This document shows, piece after piece, positions 20,905-29,516 of a stretch of DNA of 64,000 nucleotides. Each line of letters starts with the position of its first letter. Position 1 is the first letter of the stretch. Position numbers and translations under genes: made by a program. This DNA is from Gemmatimonadota bacterium. GTDB taxonomy: Bacteria; Gemmatimonadota; Gemmatimonadetes; Gemmatimonadales; GWC2-71-9. The notes below the pieces were generated by a model. The model did no database searches and was not told the DNA's origin. It saw only the letters and a list, made by a program, of their open reading frames with translations. The stretch is taken from contig JBDHHP010000001.1 in NCBI GenBank assembly GCA_039589275.1, positions 7,551-71,550 on the forward strand, given 5' to 3'.

Positions 20905-22358
20905 GACCTGTCCGCCACTGCCGATCGGACAATGGAGGGCTCGTCGAACGGCAGCTTTTCGGTGCCGACGAGCTGATACGCTTCGTGTCCCTTACCCAAC
21001 AGCAAGAGACAATCGCCGGGACCCTGCAGGGACACTGCTTTGTGGATCGCCTCCTCGCGATCCAGGATACGGAGGTAGGGAGCAGCCCCGATACCCACTT
21101 CGATGTCGTCCATGATCGACTCGGGGTCCTCAGAGCGGGGGTTGTCCATGGCGATCACCACCAGGTCGGATCCTGTGGCCGCGATTCGACCCATCTCCGG
21201 TCGCTTGTCCCGATCCCGATCCCCGCCGCACCCAAACAGTACCGTCAGCTTTCCCGGCGTGATCTCACGCACCGCTCTGATCGCGCGCTCGAAGCCGTCA
21301 GGAGTGTGGGCGTAGTCGCGCAGCACATTGAACTCGGCTGTGGCCAGTAGTTCCATACGCCCGGGTACCTGAGGAGCGTCTACCATCCTGGCACATATCT
21401 CCCCCGGGTCGAGGCCGATCGCCCACGCGGCCGCTGCAGCCGCGGTCGCGTTGCTGACATTGTATTCACCAATCAGGGGAATTTGGGTGCTCCGCTCCGC
21501 ACCGCCAAACGAGATGACGACATCGGCACCGTTCTCAGACAAGGCCTCGTCAATCACACGGACCTCCGCCTCCTGTGCCCGGCCGTAATACACACGCCGC
21601 ACCCCGCCATGTTGAGGCATACCTCGCCACACCGGATCGTCGGCATTCACCAGCTCCATTCCATCCCGCTCCAGCAGCTGCGACAGTCTCATCTTCGCGG
21701 CCGCATACGACTCCAGGTTCCCGTGATAATCCAGGTGCTCGTGCGTCAGGTTGGTGTAGATTGCCGACCTGAAGCGAACGGCCTCGAGCCGCCGCTGATC
21801 CAGCCCATGCGATGATGCCTCGAGCGCAACGTGCCTGACCCCGCGTGCACTCAGGTCCGCCAGAACGGCCTGGAGCTCCACCGGCCCTGGGGTGGTGAGC
21901 GAACCATATCCTTCGAGTCGGTCACCACGACCGTCCAGGGCACCTAGAGTCCCCAGGGACGCCGCTGTCTGGTCTGAGTTCAGCAGATGGCGCAGGATCG
22001 ATACAGTGGTGGACTTGCCGTTTGTGCCTGTAACACCTATCAGCTGCATTGACTCGGCCGGCCTGCCAAACCACTCGCGAGCAGCGATGCCCGCCGCCAC
22101 TCGGCTTTCGTCGACGACCACCTGCGGTAAAGCGTGCTTGGTACGACGCAGCACAAGCGCGGCGCCGGCGCCCCTCGTTATTGCATCTGCCAGGTAAGCA
22201 TGGCCGTCTTGGGTCACTCCCTGGATCGCGCAGAACAGGTTTCCGGACACCACGTGGCGTGAATCCTCGACAACACCCGTCAGCTCGACCGTCTCCGATG
22301 GCTCCTCGACCAACACATCAGCCTGCTTCAGTGCTTCGACTACCATCCCGAGGTTCAT
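20901..22358 (-). CDS. murE: UDP-N-acetylmuramoyl-L-alanyl-D-glutamate--2,6-diaminopimelate ligase
   Basis: GVTGTNGKSTT and a DNPRSE motif typical of meso-DAP-adding MurE. Confidence 0.93.
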   Translation of the reverse strand: MNLGMVVEALKQADVLVEEPSETVELTGVVEDSRHVVSGNLFCAIQGVTQDGHAYLADAITRGAGAALVLRRTKHALPQVVVDESRVAAGIAAREWFGRPAESMQLIGVTGTNGKSTTVSILRHLLNSDQTAASLGTLGALDGRGDRLEGYGSLTTPGPVELQAVLADLSARGVRHVALEASSHGLDQRRLEAVRFRSAIYTNLTHEHLDYHGNLESYAAAKMRLSQLLERDGMELVNADDPVWRGMPQHGGVRRVYYGRAQEAEVRVIDEALSENGADVVISFGGAERSTQIPLIGEYNVSNATAAAAAAWAIGLDPGEICARMVDAPQVPGRMELLATAEFNVLRDYAHTPDGFERAIRAVREITPGKLTVLFGCGGDRDRDKRPEMGRIAATGSDLVVIAMDNPRSEDPESIMDDIEVGIGAAPYLRILDREEAIHKAVSLQGPGDCLLLLGKGHEAYQLVGTEKLPFDEPSIVRSAVADRS

Positions 22359-24289
22359 TCGGGAATCCCACCCAGCTCACGAGCCACAACCTTCACCACC
22401 GTGCCCGGGGGAACCGGCGTTCCCGCCGCTGGATCCGAGGTCACCACAACGCCCCAACCCGACGGCTGCATCTTGAGTCCGGCCTTGTGCAGGCGACCCG
22501 CCGCCACTCTGAGCGTGAGTCCGTTCAGCTCGGGCACTGCATGGGGAGCGCCGGAATCCGTCACTGCTGGAACAAGAGGCCATGCGAATACACGCCTGGG
22601 GGGAGGCTCTCGGTCGGATGACACCGGGAGGGCCGGCGCCTCAACGCCCGCAAGGAGCCCTCGATCAAGGGCCCCGGTCTCCGCGGCGAGCACCTGTTGC
22701 AAGACAGCCCGAGTCACAGGCGCCGCCGTTACGCCACCGTAGTGCCCAACTGGGTTGTCCAGCTTCACGACTGTTACCAGCTGTGGGCGGTCGGCCGGGA
22801 ACAACGATGTGAAGCTGGCAGTGTAGGAATTGGGAACATATCCGCCCGGCCCGGCTCGCCACGCAGTCCCGGTCTTTCCAGCAACCTCGTACCCGCGCAT
22901 TGCCGCCGTCTCACCGGTTCCGCCAGGGTAGACAACACCCCGCAGAGCCGTTCGCAGCTGTGTGGCTGCCTCGGGCAGTACGGCCCGCCGCACCGGAGCG
23001 GGTTCGTGCTCATAAACCGTCGCGCCGCCGGCGTGTTCCACCCTCTTGATGAGCGTAGGTCGCATCAGCAAGCCGTCGTTGGCGATCCCGGCGTAGGCTT
23101 GAGCTAGCTGCAAGGGCGTGACGTTCAGCTCATAGCCCATGGCCATGCTCTCTCCCGTGATTCCACTCCAGTCCTTCGGCGGCTTGAGTACGCCGGACGC
23201 CTCACTGGGGAATTCAACCGCCGTCGGTGTGCCCAGGCCGAAGCCCCGCAACATGGAATACTGCGCCTCCGGTGAAAGACGCCTGGCAAACTTCACGATC
23301 CCTATGTTACTCGACTGCTCTATGATCTGTTGAAGCGTGAGCCATCCGTTCGGGTGAACGTCGGTGATGGTGCGGTGAGCGGTTACATAGGTTCCGTTTT
23401 CAGTCCAGATCGAGTCGTCAAGAGAAGCCTTTTCCTCCACCAGCAGTGCGGCGGCGGCGAAGACCTTGGCGGTCGACCCCGGCTCAAAAACCGAGTTGAA
23501 CGCGCTTGCAGTACTACTTCCATCGACCGTATGCGAGGCGACCGCGAGTATCTCTCCGGTCTGCGGATCCAACACCACGACGTCGCCGGATTCCGCAGCG
23601 TACTCCGCTATGGCGTCGTCCAGCGCGTCCTCGACGATCTCCTGGAGCGCAGCATCGATCGTCAGATAGACATCGAGACCCGGATTCGGTAAGGAGCCCA
23701 AACGCCCTGGCGACTCGTACCGACGTCCTTGTCGGTCCCTTATCACTACGCCACTGCCGGGTGTGCCTGCGAGCAGGGTGTCGAGCACGCTCTCGACCCC
23801 GCCGGCTCGGCGTCCGTCAGCGGCAGGTCTGCCCAGAATCGTCCGCGCCAAACCCGGGTCAGGATAGAACCGCTGCAGCTCGCCCGTCAGGTGCACACCC
23901 TGCACGACGCGGAGAGCCTGTACCTGTTCTGATGTGAAACCCCCACCAAAATAGGCGTAGCGTTGCCGCAGCTGTCGGAGGACGACCCTGCGTGACAGGC
24001 CAAGCTGCGAAGCGATGGCCTCCGCATCTCGTTCCAGATTGACTAATTCGTTGGCGGCAACGCCGACATTAAAGACCTCGATGGTCTGCGCCAGGACGAT
24101 GCCGTTACGATCGTAGATTGTGCCGCGCGGCGCCGGGAGCTCTACTTGCTCGGTACGTTGCGCTCGTGCTGTGGCGGCGTGCTGCGCACCCATTAGGAGC
24201 TGGACCTGTGCCGCGCGCGCGAGCACGATACCGATTCCCAACGCGAAAGCAAGCTGGACGGCGCGCAGGCGAACGACCGGTTTAGCCAC
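22355..24289 (-). CDS. ftsI: class B penicillin-binding protein FtsI with a C-terminal PASTA domain
   Basis: N-terminal TM, transpeptidase motifs (STAKVF, SSN, KTGTA) and a C-terminal VPELNGLTLRVAAGRLHKAGLKMQPSGWGVVVTSDPAAGTPVPPGTVVKVV (PASTA-like). Confidence 0.92.
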   Translation of the reverse strand: MAKPVVRLRAVQLAFALGIGIVLARAAQVQLLMGAQHAATARAQRTEQVELPAPRGTIYDRNGIVLAQTIEVFNVGVAANELVNLERDAEAIASQLGLSRRVVLRQLRQRYAYFGGGFTSEQVQALRVVQGVHLTGELQRFYPDPGLARTILGRPAADGRRAGGVESVLDTLLAGTPGSGVVIRDRQGRRYESPGRLGSLPNPGLDVYLTIDAALQEIVEDALDDAIAEYAAESGDVVVLDPQTGEILAVASHTVDGSSTASAFNSVFEPGSTAKVFAAAALLVEEKASLDDSIWTENGTYVTAHRTITDVHPNGWLTLQQIIEQSSNIGIVKFARRLSPEAQYSMLRGFGLGTPTAVEFPSEASGVLKPPKDWSGITGESMAMGYELNVTPLQLAQAYAGIANDGLLMRPTLIKRVEHAGGATVYEHEPAPVRRAVLPEAATQLRTALRGVVYPGGTGETAAMRGYEVAGKTGTAWRAGPGGYVPNSYTASFTSLFPADRPQLVTVVKLDNPVGHYGGVTAAPVTRAVLQQVLAAETGALDRGLLAGVEAPALPVSSDREPPPRRVFAWPLVPAVTDSGAPHAVPELNGLTLRVAAGRLHKAGLKMQPSGWGVVVTSDPAAGTPVPPGTVVKVVARELGGIPE

Positions 24290-24292
24290 TGA

Positions 24293-24580
24293 TCATCGTT
24301 CCTCGTATCCAGGCGTCTGCAGGATTATCATTTGGCTGTCAGCTGGCAAGCGAAGCCCCAGCGATTCCGCCTTCGGAACCAGGATCGCTCTGCTCTCTGC
24401 TCGCCGAATCCGCCTGACCAGGTCGTTGCGCATCGATTTGAGTACGAGATGGCGTTCGCGCACTTCAGCCAGTTCCCTCGCATTCACGTATCCAGCGGTG
24501 TCACGAGTAATGACCCACGCCGCAACCGCGAGCGCGAAGAGCAGCCAGAGCATAAACCAAATCCTACCCTTTAGCCTCAT
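24293..24580 (-). CDS. ftsL: cell division protein FtsL-like
   Basis: 95 aa, single TM then coiled coil, located between rsmH and ftsI. Confidence 0.7.
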   Translation of the reverse strand: MRLKGRIWFMLWLLFALAVAAWVITRDTAGYVNARELAEVRERHLVLKSMRNDLVRRIRRAESRAILVPKAESLGLRLPADSQMIILQTPGYEER

Positions 24581-25487
24581 CAGCTTTCCTGAAGACCCTC
24601 AGCTTCGCGCTCCGAGAGCGCGGGTTCTCGGCCACCTCGTCAGCCGAGGGACGAATGGGCTTGCGTGGGCGTGCGGAACCCAGTTTCCGGCCGCGGCAGG
24701 TGCAGATCGGGGTTTGAGGCGGGCAAACGCAGTCCCGTGCCCAGTCGCGGAACATCCTCTTCACGACACGGTCCTCTCCCGAATGGTAGCTGATGACCGC
24801 GATGATCCCACCGTCCTCGAGCGCCTCCAGAACAGAGGGTAGCGCCAGCTCCAACTGTCTGATTTCTTCGTTCAATGCGATGCGGATTGCTTGAAACAAC
24901 CGCGCGAAATCACCGGGCCCACTGCGGGGGCCGAGCGTCTCACGAATGGCGTTCACCAAATGGTCGCTGGTCGCGAACAGGCTGTTCGCACGCCGTCGAA
25001 CCACTGCCGCCGCTAGGCGAGGGGCCTTGCGTTCGTCACCGTATTCTCTGAATACCCTCTCCAATTCCCGCTCATCCAGTGAGTTCAGGAGCTCCGCCGC
25101 GGTGACATCTGAGCGAACTGACATGCGCATGTCGAGCGGCGCACCGGGTCTGAAGGAGAAGCCGCGCTCCGTCGAATCTAACTGGTGTCCGGACACTCCC
25201 AGGTCGAACAGTGTGAAATCGGGTCCAAATGCCGCGATCGCGGCCAGGGATTCAGGACTGCCGAAGCTAGCATTCAGCCACTGCGTGGGGGATTGGGAGA
25301 TGCGCGCGCGGGCGGCGGCGATCGCATCAGGATCTCTGTCGATGGCGAGGAGCTCGATATCAGATCGGTCGAGCCGGGCGGCATGACCACCCCCCCCCAC
25401 TGTGCAGTCGACGATTCGGCGCCGGCCCTCTGCCAGGCGGACGACCTCCTCAACCAGCACCGGTATGTGGAATGCAGTCCCACTCAT
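24564..25487 (-). CDS. rsmH: 16S rRNA (cytosine1402-N4)-methyltransferase
   Basis: HIPVLVEEV, DCTVGGGGHA, FDLGVSGHQLD and ISYHSGEDR motifs. It is the first gene of the dcw cluster here (no mraZ). Confidence 0.95.
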   Translation of the reverse strand: MSGTAFHIPVLVEEVVRLAEGRRRIVDCTVGGGGHAARLDRSDIELLAIDRDPDAIAAARARISQSPTQWLNASFGSPESLAAIAAFGPDFTLFDLGVSGHQLDSTERGFSFRPGAPLDMRMSVRSDVTAAELLNSLDERELERVFREYGDERKAPRLAAAVVRRRANSLFATSDHLVNAIRETLGPRSGPGDFARLFQAIRIALNEEIRQLELALPSVLEALEDGGIIAVISYHSGEDRVVKRMFRDWARDCVCPPQTPICTCRGRKLGSARPRKPIRPSADEVAENPRSRSAKLRVFRKADEAKG

Positions 25488-25501
25488 GGCAGAAAAGAGG
25501 G

Positions 25502-25530
25502 AGGCCCCGCATGCATCGCAGGCGGGGCCT
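25502..25530 (-). terminator. GC-rich hairpin (9-bp stem AGGCCCCGC/GCGGGGCCT, 11-nt loop) followed on the minus strand by CCCTCTTTTCT
   Basis: Read directly from the sequence. It lies between the 3' end of tRNA-Asp and the rsmH start codon (25487). Confidence 0.55.
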
Positions 25531-25554
25531 AAATGAGTCTTCTAGCTGTTGCCA

Positions 25555-25628
25555 CGGGGCTGACGGGACTCGAACCCGCGGCCTCCGGTGTGACAGACCG
25601 GCACTCTAACCAACTGAGCTACAGCCCC
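25555..25628 (-). tRNA. tRNA-Asp (anticodon GTC)
   Basis: The reverse complement GGGGCTGTAGCTCAGTTGGTTAGAGTGCCGGTCTGTCACACCGGAGGCCGCGGGTTCGAGTCCCGTCAGCCCCG folds as a cloverleaf: 7-bp acceptor, anticodon stem CCGGT/ACCGG, loop CTGTCAC. CCA is not encoded. Confidence 0.93.
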
Positions 25629-25679
25629 CAAATTGCACAGCTAAGCAATGTAGAGGGGACTGTGCCCGCAAACAAGCTC

Positions 25680-27428
25680 CTAACCGCCTGGCGGGCAGAA
25701 AGACGCCCGGAACTGCTCGGGACGACCGGCCAACTGCTGTAGATAACCCAACAACTGTCCTGCTGTCTCCTCCGATACCGAGCGCCCTATGTTGAGCGCC
25801 TCCGTCGCCCTGCGCAAGTAGTTTTGATACTCGGGCAACATCCGGCACGACTGCGACTCCATGATCTGTTGATCCAGCGGGGTCGCTTTGAAGAACAGAG
25901 CAAACCCGAGCCAGAAGTTGACCTGAGTGGTGAGCAGCCCCCTGGGATCATTCGCCAGAGACTTTTCGGCCCAAGCGATGCCGAGGTCTAAGTCCACCTG
26001 AGGTTGGATGATCTTCTGGGCGCCCTTGAGATACTCCAGGCCAACAGCCGTCATGACGTTGCTGTCGCCGGGAGTGGCGGCCAGAATCTCCCCCAGCATT
26101 CCATCGATCCTGTCAATCGCTGCCGTATCAAGCGGAGAGAGTGTGTCGACAGTCAACGCCTCACCCAAAGCGGTCACTACCTTGAGCTTGGCTGGGATGT
26201 TGTCGGGGCTCAGCTCAACCAGCCGCTCATAGGCCTCGAGCGATCCGGCTGCATCCTGTTGGGCCTCCAGCAGAACCGCCCTGGACTGCCAAAGCCAGAT
26301 TGCGTCCGGCAGGTGCTGCACGCCCTCCTCTGTCCAGTAGAGCATGGCGGCCGTGTCTGCGACTTCCGTCGCCAGACCGAACACACCGCGGTAGAACTCC
26401 GCATTACCGACTAGCGCCGAGTCGAGCTCATACTGCCGAGTGCTGGCTCCAAGCGCACAATCCCAGTCCTCTCCCTCCAGACAGGCTCTGACCTTGAGCT
26501 CCACGAACCGCAGATTCTCCGGGTCGCGGGCCAGGCCGTCATCGAGGACCTGCCGGGCTTCATCATAGTTGCCTGTAACAACATATCCCGAGGCGGTCGC
26601 GAAGCGCATGTCTGCGTCATTCGGGTTTGCATCCAGCTGACGAGCGAAGGCCCTGACGGCACCGGCCGTGTCTCCGGCTCGCTGATACTGGCGCGCCAGT
26701 TCCTCCCAGGCGCGCATGTAGAGCGAGTCGCCAGCAGCGGCCTTCTCGTATGCCCAAACCAGGCTGTCGGACGGTTGCCGGGTCGCCTCGAATACGTACG
26801 AGAGACACAGCGCCGAAGACGGATGGTTCTCATAGATCTGGAACGCTCGCTCGGCACGGTCGCGCGCGCCCCTGAAGTCAGAGCGGTCGCGCCGCTTGGT
26901 ACAGTCCTTCGCGAAATCCGCCGCTCTTACCTGGTTCTCGAGCGAATCCGCCACACGGTCAGCAAACTCACGTGGCGGATCGCCGGGTTGACCTTGAACA
27001 GTCATCCAACCCGAGAGGCCTGATCGGCTCATGTCCACCATGCGATATGTCGCCATCGGAGTGGCATCGTTCCGCCAGAAGGTACCGTAGACGAAACCGT
27101 GCGCCTGTAGCGACCGTGCAACCTGCTCCACCATCTCGGGACCGAGAATGGTGCTCTCTGGAAAGCCGGAACTCACGAAGAGTTCGTGCACTTTGTCGCT
27201 ACCTATGACCTGCCACTTATGCCGGAACTTGTTTTGCGCCCGTTGGCGCAGTTGGTGCGTCATCTCATGGACGTAGACTGTGTCCTGACCCTGTGCCGGC
27301 TGCGGGGTCAGAATGAGAATGCGGTCGTGTGAGCGCTCTTGCGCACGCGCAGTTGGCGGCAATGCTAGCCAAGCGAGTAACGCTAGCGGGACGATCACAG
27401 CGCGAAGGTGCGTGGTAGTAGACTGCAC
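25680..27428 (-). CDS. secreted TPR-repeat protein
   Basis: Signal-peptide-like VIVPLALLAWLALPPTARAQ, then multiple TPR-like helical repeats. The track ORF (to 27626) runs through tRNA-Val, so the start must lie below 27500. GTG at 27428 is my best guess. Confidence 0.7.
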   Translation of the reverse strand: MQSTTTHLRAVIVPLALLAWLALPPTARAQERSHDRILILTPQPAQGQDTVYVHEMTHQLRQRAQNKFRHKWQVIGSDKVHELFVSSGFPESTILGPEMVEQVARSLQAHGFVYGTFWRNDATPMATYRMVDMSRSGLSGWMTVQGQPGDPPREFADRVADSLENQVRAADFAKDCTKRRDRSDFRGARDRAERAFQIYENHPSSALCLSYVFEATRQPSDSLVWAYEKAAAGDSLYMRAWEELARQYQRAGDTAGAVRAFARQLDANPNDADMRFATASGYVVTGNYDEARQVLDDGLARDPENLRFVELKVRACLEGEDWDCALGASTRQYELDSALVGNAEFYRGVFGLATEVADTAAMLYWTEEGVQHLPDAIWLWQSRAVLLEAQQDAAGSLEAYERLVELSPDNIPAKLKVVTALGEALTVDTLSPLDTAAIDRIDGMLGEILAATPGDSNVMTAVGLEYLKGAQKIIQPQVDLDLGIAWAEKSLANDPRGLLTTQVNFWLGFALFFKATPLDQQIMESQSCRMLPEYQNYLRRATEALNIGRSVSEETAGQLLGYLQQLAGRPEQFRASFCPPGG

Positions 27429-27499
27429 CGCTACGGTCCTCCGGTTGAAGACTCTTGTTGTCAACAAAACCTGTGCCTCCACCACCCTTATACCCCACA

Positions 27500-27574
27500 T
27501 GGGCGAAGAGGGATTCGAACCCCCGACTTCCTGCTTGTAAGGCAGGCGCTCTGAACCAACTGAGCTATTCGCCC
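27500..27574 (-). tRNA. tRNA-Val (anticodon TAC)
   Basis: The reverse complement GGGCGAATAGCTCAGTTGGTTCAGAGCGCCTGCCTTACAAGCAGGAAGTCGGGGGTTCGAATCCCTCTTCGCCCA has anticodon stem CCTGC/GCAGG and loop CTTACAA. Confidence 0.93.
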
Positions 27575-27585
27575 GTTCGGTTCGG

Positions 27586-27774
27586 TCACAGTGCAAGGCC
27601 CAATGGGAACAGCACGCAATACCCAAGCACTAGCAGGACCGGAGCCACCGTGGTATTGCCGCCCGCCAGCAGGAGGTAGCCGACACCTACTGCCGCCACG
27701 GCACCGCCCAGCAGGACAAAGTTCCTGCCGCGGAAGTGGAGACGAGCAGGCGAACCACCCTTAGACATAGACAC
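27586..27774 (-). CDS. small two-TM membrane protein (DUF3098-like by eye)
   Basis: 62 aa with a basic N-terminus, then two hydrophobic helices (FVLLGGAVAAVGVGYLLLAG; VAPVLLVLGYCVLFPLGLAL). Confidence 0.5.
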   Translation of the reverse strand: MSMSKGGSPARLHFRGRNFVLLGGAVAAVGVGYLLLAGGNTTVAPVLLVLGYCVLFPLGLAL

Positions 27775-27801
27775 AGAGCCTAACCGGAAGTTCCATATGC
27801 G

Positions 27802-28590
27802 TCAAGCACTTGCGTGCCATTCGGGTGGAACTTCCCAGCCCTCATCCAGCGCCGCTCGTCGCTCTCTGTCGCGCCGCTTACGCCACCACCACAGGCTCAC
27901 CAACACCAGGCCCAAGAGCGACCAGAATACACTCAGCGACCCAAACAGCAAGACCCACCCGTAGCGCCGGCGCAACTCCTGCCGCCACAGTTCTTCAAAC
28001 TGCCCAAACGTCATCTGGTACGTGACTCTGAGGGTCCGATCGAAATCGACCGACTGGGACAGATTGGATATCAGAGGCTCCAGGCCCCGGTCGCCTCCGA
28101 GGCGCTCCAGCAACAAGACTGCAGTGGTCGCAAGAGCATAGGCGGTCTCTGCCCGCGCGGCTCCGGCGCGCAGATCGCCATTGAGCTGACGCAGCGTCGG
28201 CGTCGAGCCTCTCAGCAAAGCCCAGTTCACTCGCAGAGCCTGCAGCCGGCCCCACTCCCCAGCGGCCCGCGCCGCATAGCCTTCGTCGAACCACAGCGGG
28301 ACGCGGCGTACCCTGCTGTGCAGTACGAGATGCGCTAGTTCGTGCTGCAGCACGCGACGGACATTGTTTTCCAACTTGAGCACGATGGTGTTGGATCCTG
28401 GAAAAGCTGCTCCACCACCCCAATCGGGCAACCTGCCTCTGGTGATTGAATCAAACCTTTCATCAGTGGCAGCGAGTATGACTCTAATCGGCCGATCCGT
28501 GGCGCTAGGAATACCCGGCCAGGAAGCTATTTCATCGGCCATTTCCGCCAGTACGGTGGCCGCCGATTCTTCGCCCGGCCAGAATACCAC
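27802..28590 (-). CDS. gluzincin-type metallopeptidase-like protein (Peptidase_MA_2-like) with a C-terminal TM anchor
   Basis: HELAH (HExxH) followed by WFDEGYA (third-ligand Glu motif), a C-terminal helix and an RKRRDRERR tail. GTG start at 28590; see the finding on a possible upstream extension. Confidence 0.65.
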   Translation of the reverse strand: MVFWPGEESAATVLAEMADEIASWPGIPSATDRPIRVILAATDERFDSITRGRLPDWGGGAAFPGSNTIVLKLENNVRRVLQHELAHLVLHSRVRRVPLWFDEGYAARAAGEWGRLQALRVNWALLRGSTPTLRQLNGDLRAGAARAETAYALATTAVLLLERLGGDRGLEPLISNLSQSVDFDRTLRVTYQMTFGQFEELWRQELRRRYGWVLLFGSLSVFWSLLGLVLVSLWWWRKRRDRERRAALDEGWEVPPEWHASA

Positions 28591-28649
28591 CGTGACCCTA
28601 CCGACAGTGATAGCTGCGGGATCCTGCGTCGCGAGAGCGAGAGCCAGTG

Positions 28650-29516
28650 CTACTGCGAGCGTGGTGGCTCCCGTCCCTGTGCGACGAGTTCTAGCGTTTC
28701 CTTACAGCGCTTGCCCCACGGGTTGAACTTGTTGGCCTTGTAGCCGTCAGACCAAGTAGCGCTCGCTCCTTTGCGGTCTCCGGCAAACCATCGCGCCCTT
28801 CCGAGCTCGTAATACGCCTCTATGAGATTGGGGCCAAGCCGCAGCGTTTTCTCGAAGAAAGTCTGGGCATCTTCGAACATCTCGCGCTCTTGGTAAACTA
28901 GACCTAGGTAGAAATGCGCGTAGAGCGTGGCCTTCTTGTCATTGTCAAGCCGGATTGCCTTGGAGAGATGTTCAATAGCCTCGCCAAAAATCCCTTTCTT
29001 GAGGCAGATGTATCCAACGTTGATGCGCGCTAGTGAATTTGCCGGTTCCTTCATTAGAACTTGCTGGAAGGTCGCGAGGGCATCGTCGTAGTCTTCGTTC
29101 AGCATTTGCGCCCAGCCGAGCAGCGATTCCGCTTGCACGTCGCCGGGGGACAGCGAAAGCGCCTTCTTCAATGCTTGAAATGCACCAGGGTAGTCACCCA
29201 GGGAGATGAGACTCCAACCCTTCTCGATGAAGGTCGAGGCACCTATGTGGTCCACCCGAACCGCCGGTACCGCTCCAGTGAACTCGGGAGCACGCTCGCC
29301 GCTTTCGTTCTGGGACAGTTCCTTGTACTTCTCGACCAGGATCCGGATGTCCTCCTTCAGCATCGTGAGGTCGGTGATCCCCTGATCTACCGTCTTGAAC
29401 AGCGTGATGATGTCACGCTTGACAGCTTCACGCTGGTCCGCCCCCGACACGGACGCGATCCGCCCGGTTATCTCGTCATACGATGCCCGTAAGGGCGAGA
29501 CGATAGGCTCACTCAT
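28650..29516 (-). CDS. coiled-coil plus TPR-repeat protein (last gene of the che/mgl operon)
   Basis: 288 aa; the C-terminal two thirds are canonical TPRs (e.g. AFQALKKALSLSPGDVQAESLLGWAQM). 8-nt overlap with cheW. Confidence 0.8.
   Translation of the reverse strand: MSEPIVSPLRASYDEITGRIASVSGADQREAVKRDIITLFKTVDQGITDLTMLKEDIRILVEKYKELSQNESGERAPEFTGAVPAVRVDHIGASTFIEKGWSLISLGDYPGAFQALKKALSLSPGDVQAESLLGWAQMLNEDYDDALATFQQVLMKEPANSLARINVGYICLKKGIFGEAIEHLSKAIRLDNDKKATLYAHFYLGLVYQEREMFEDAQTFFEKTLRLGPNLIEAYYELGRARWFAGDRKGASATWSDGYKANKFNPWGKRCKETLELVAQGREPPRSQ

Noticed and set aside
27429-27626. N-terminal extension of track ORF 25680-27626, and plus-strand ORF 27455-27679.
   Set aside because: Both run through tRNA-Val (27500-27574). 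Peptides such as ..GALNQLSYSP.. are typical translations of tRNA sequence. The same applies to plus ORF 25533-25742 over tRNA-Asp.
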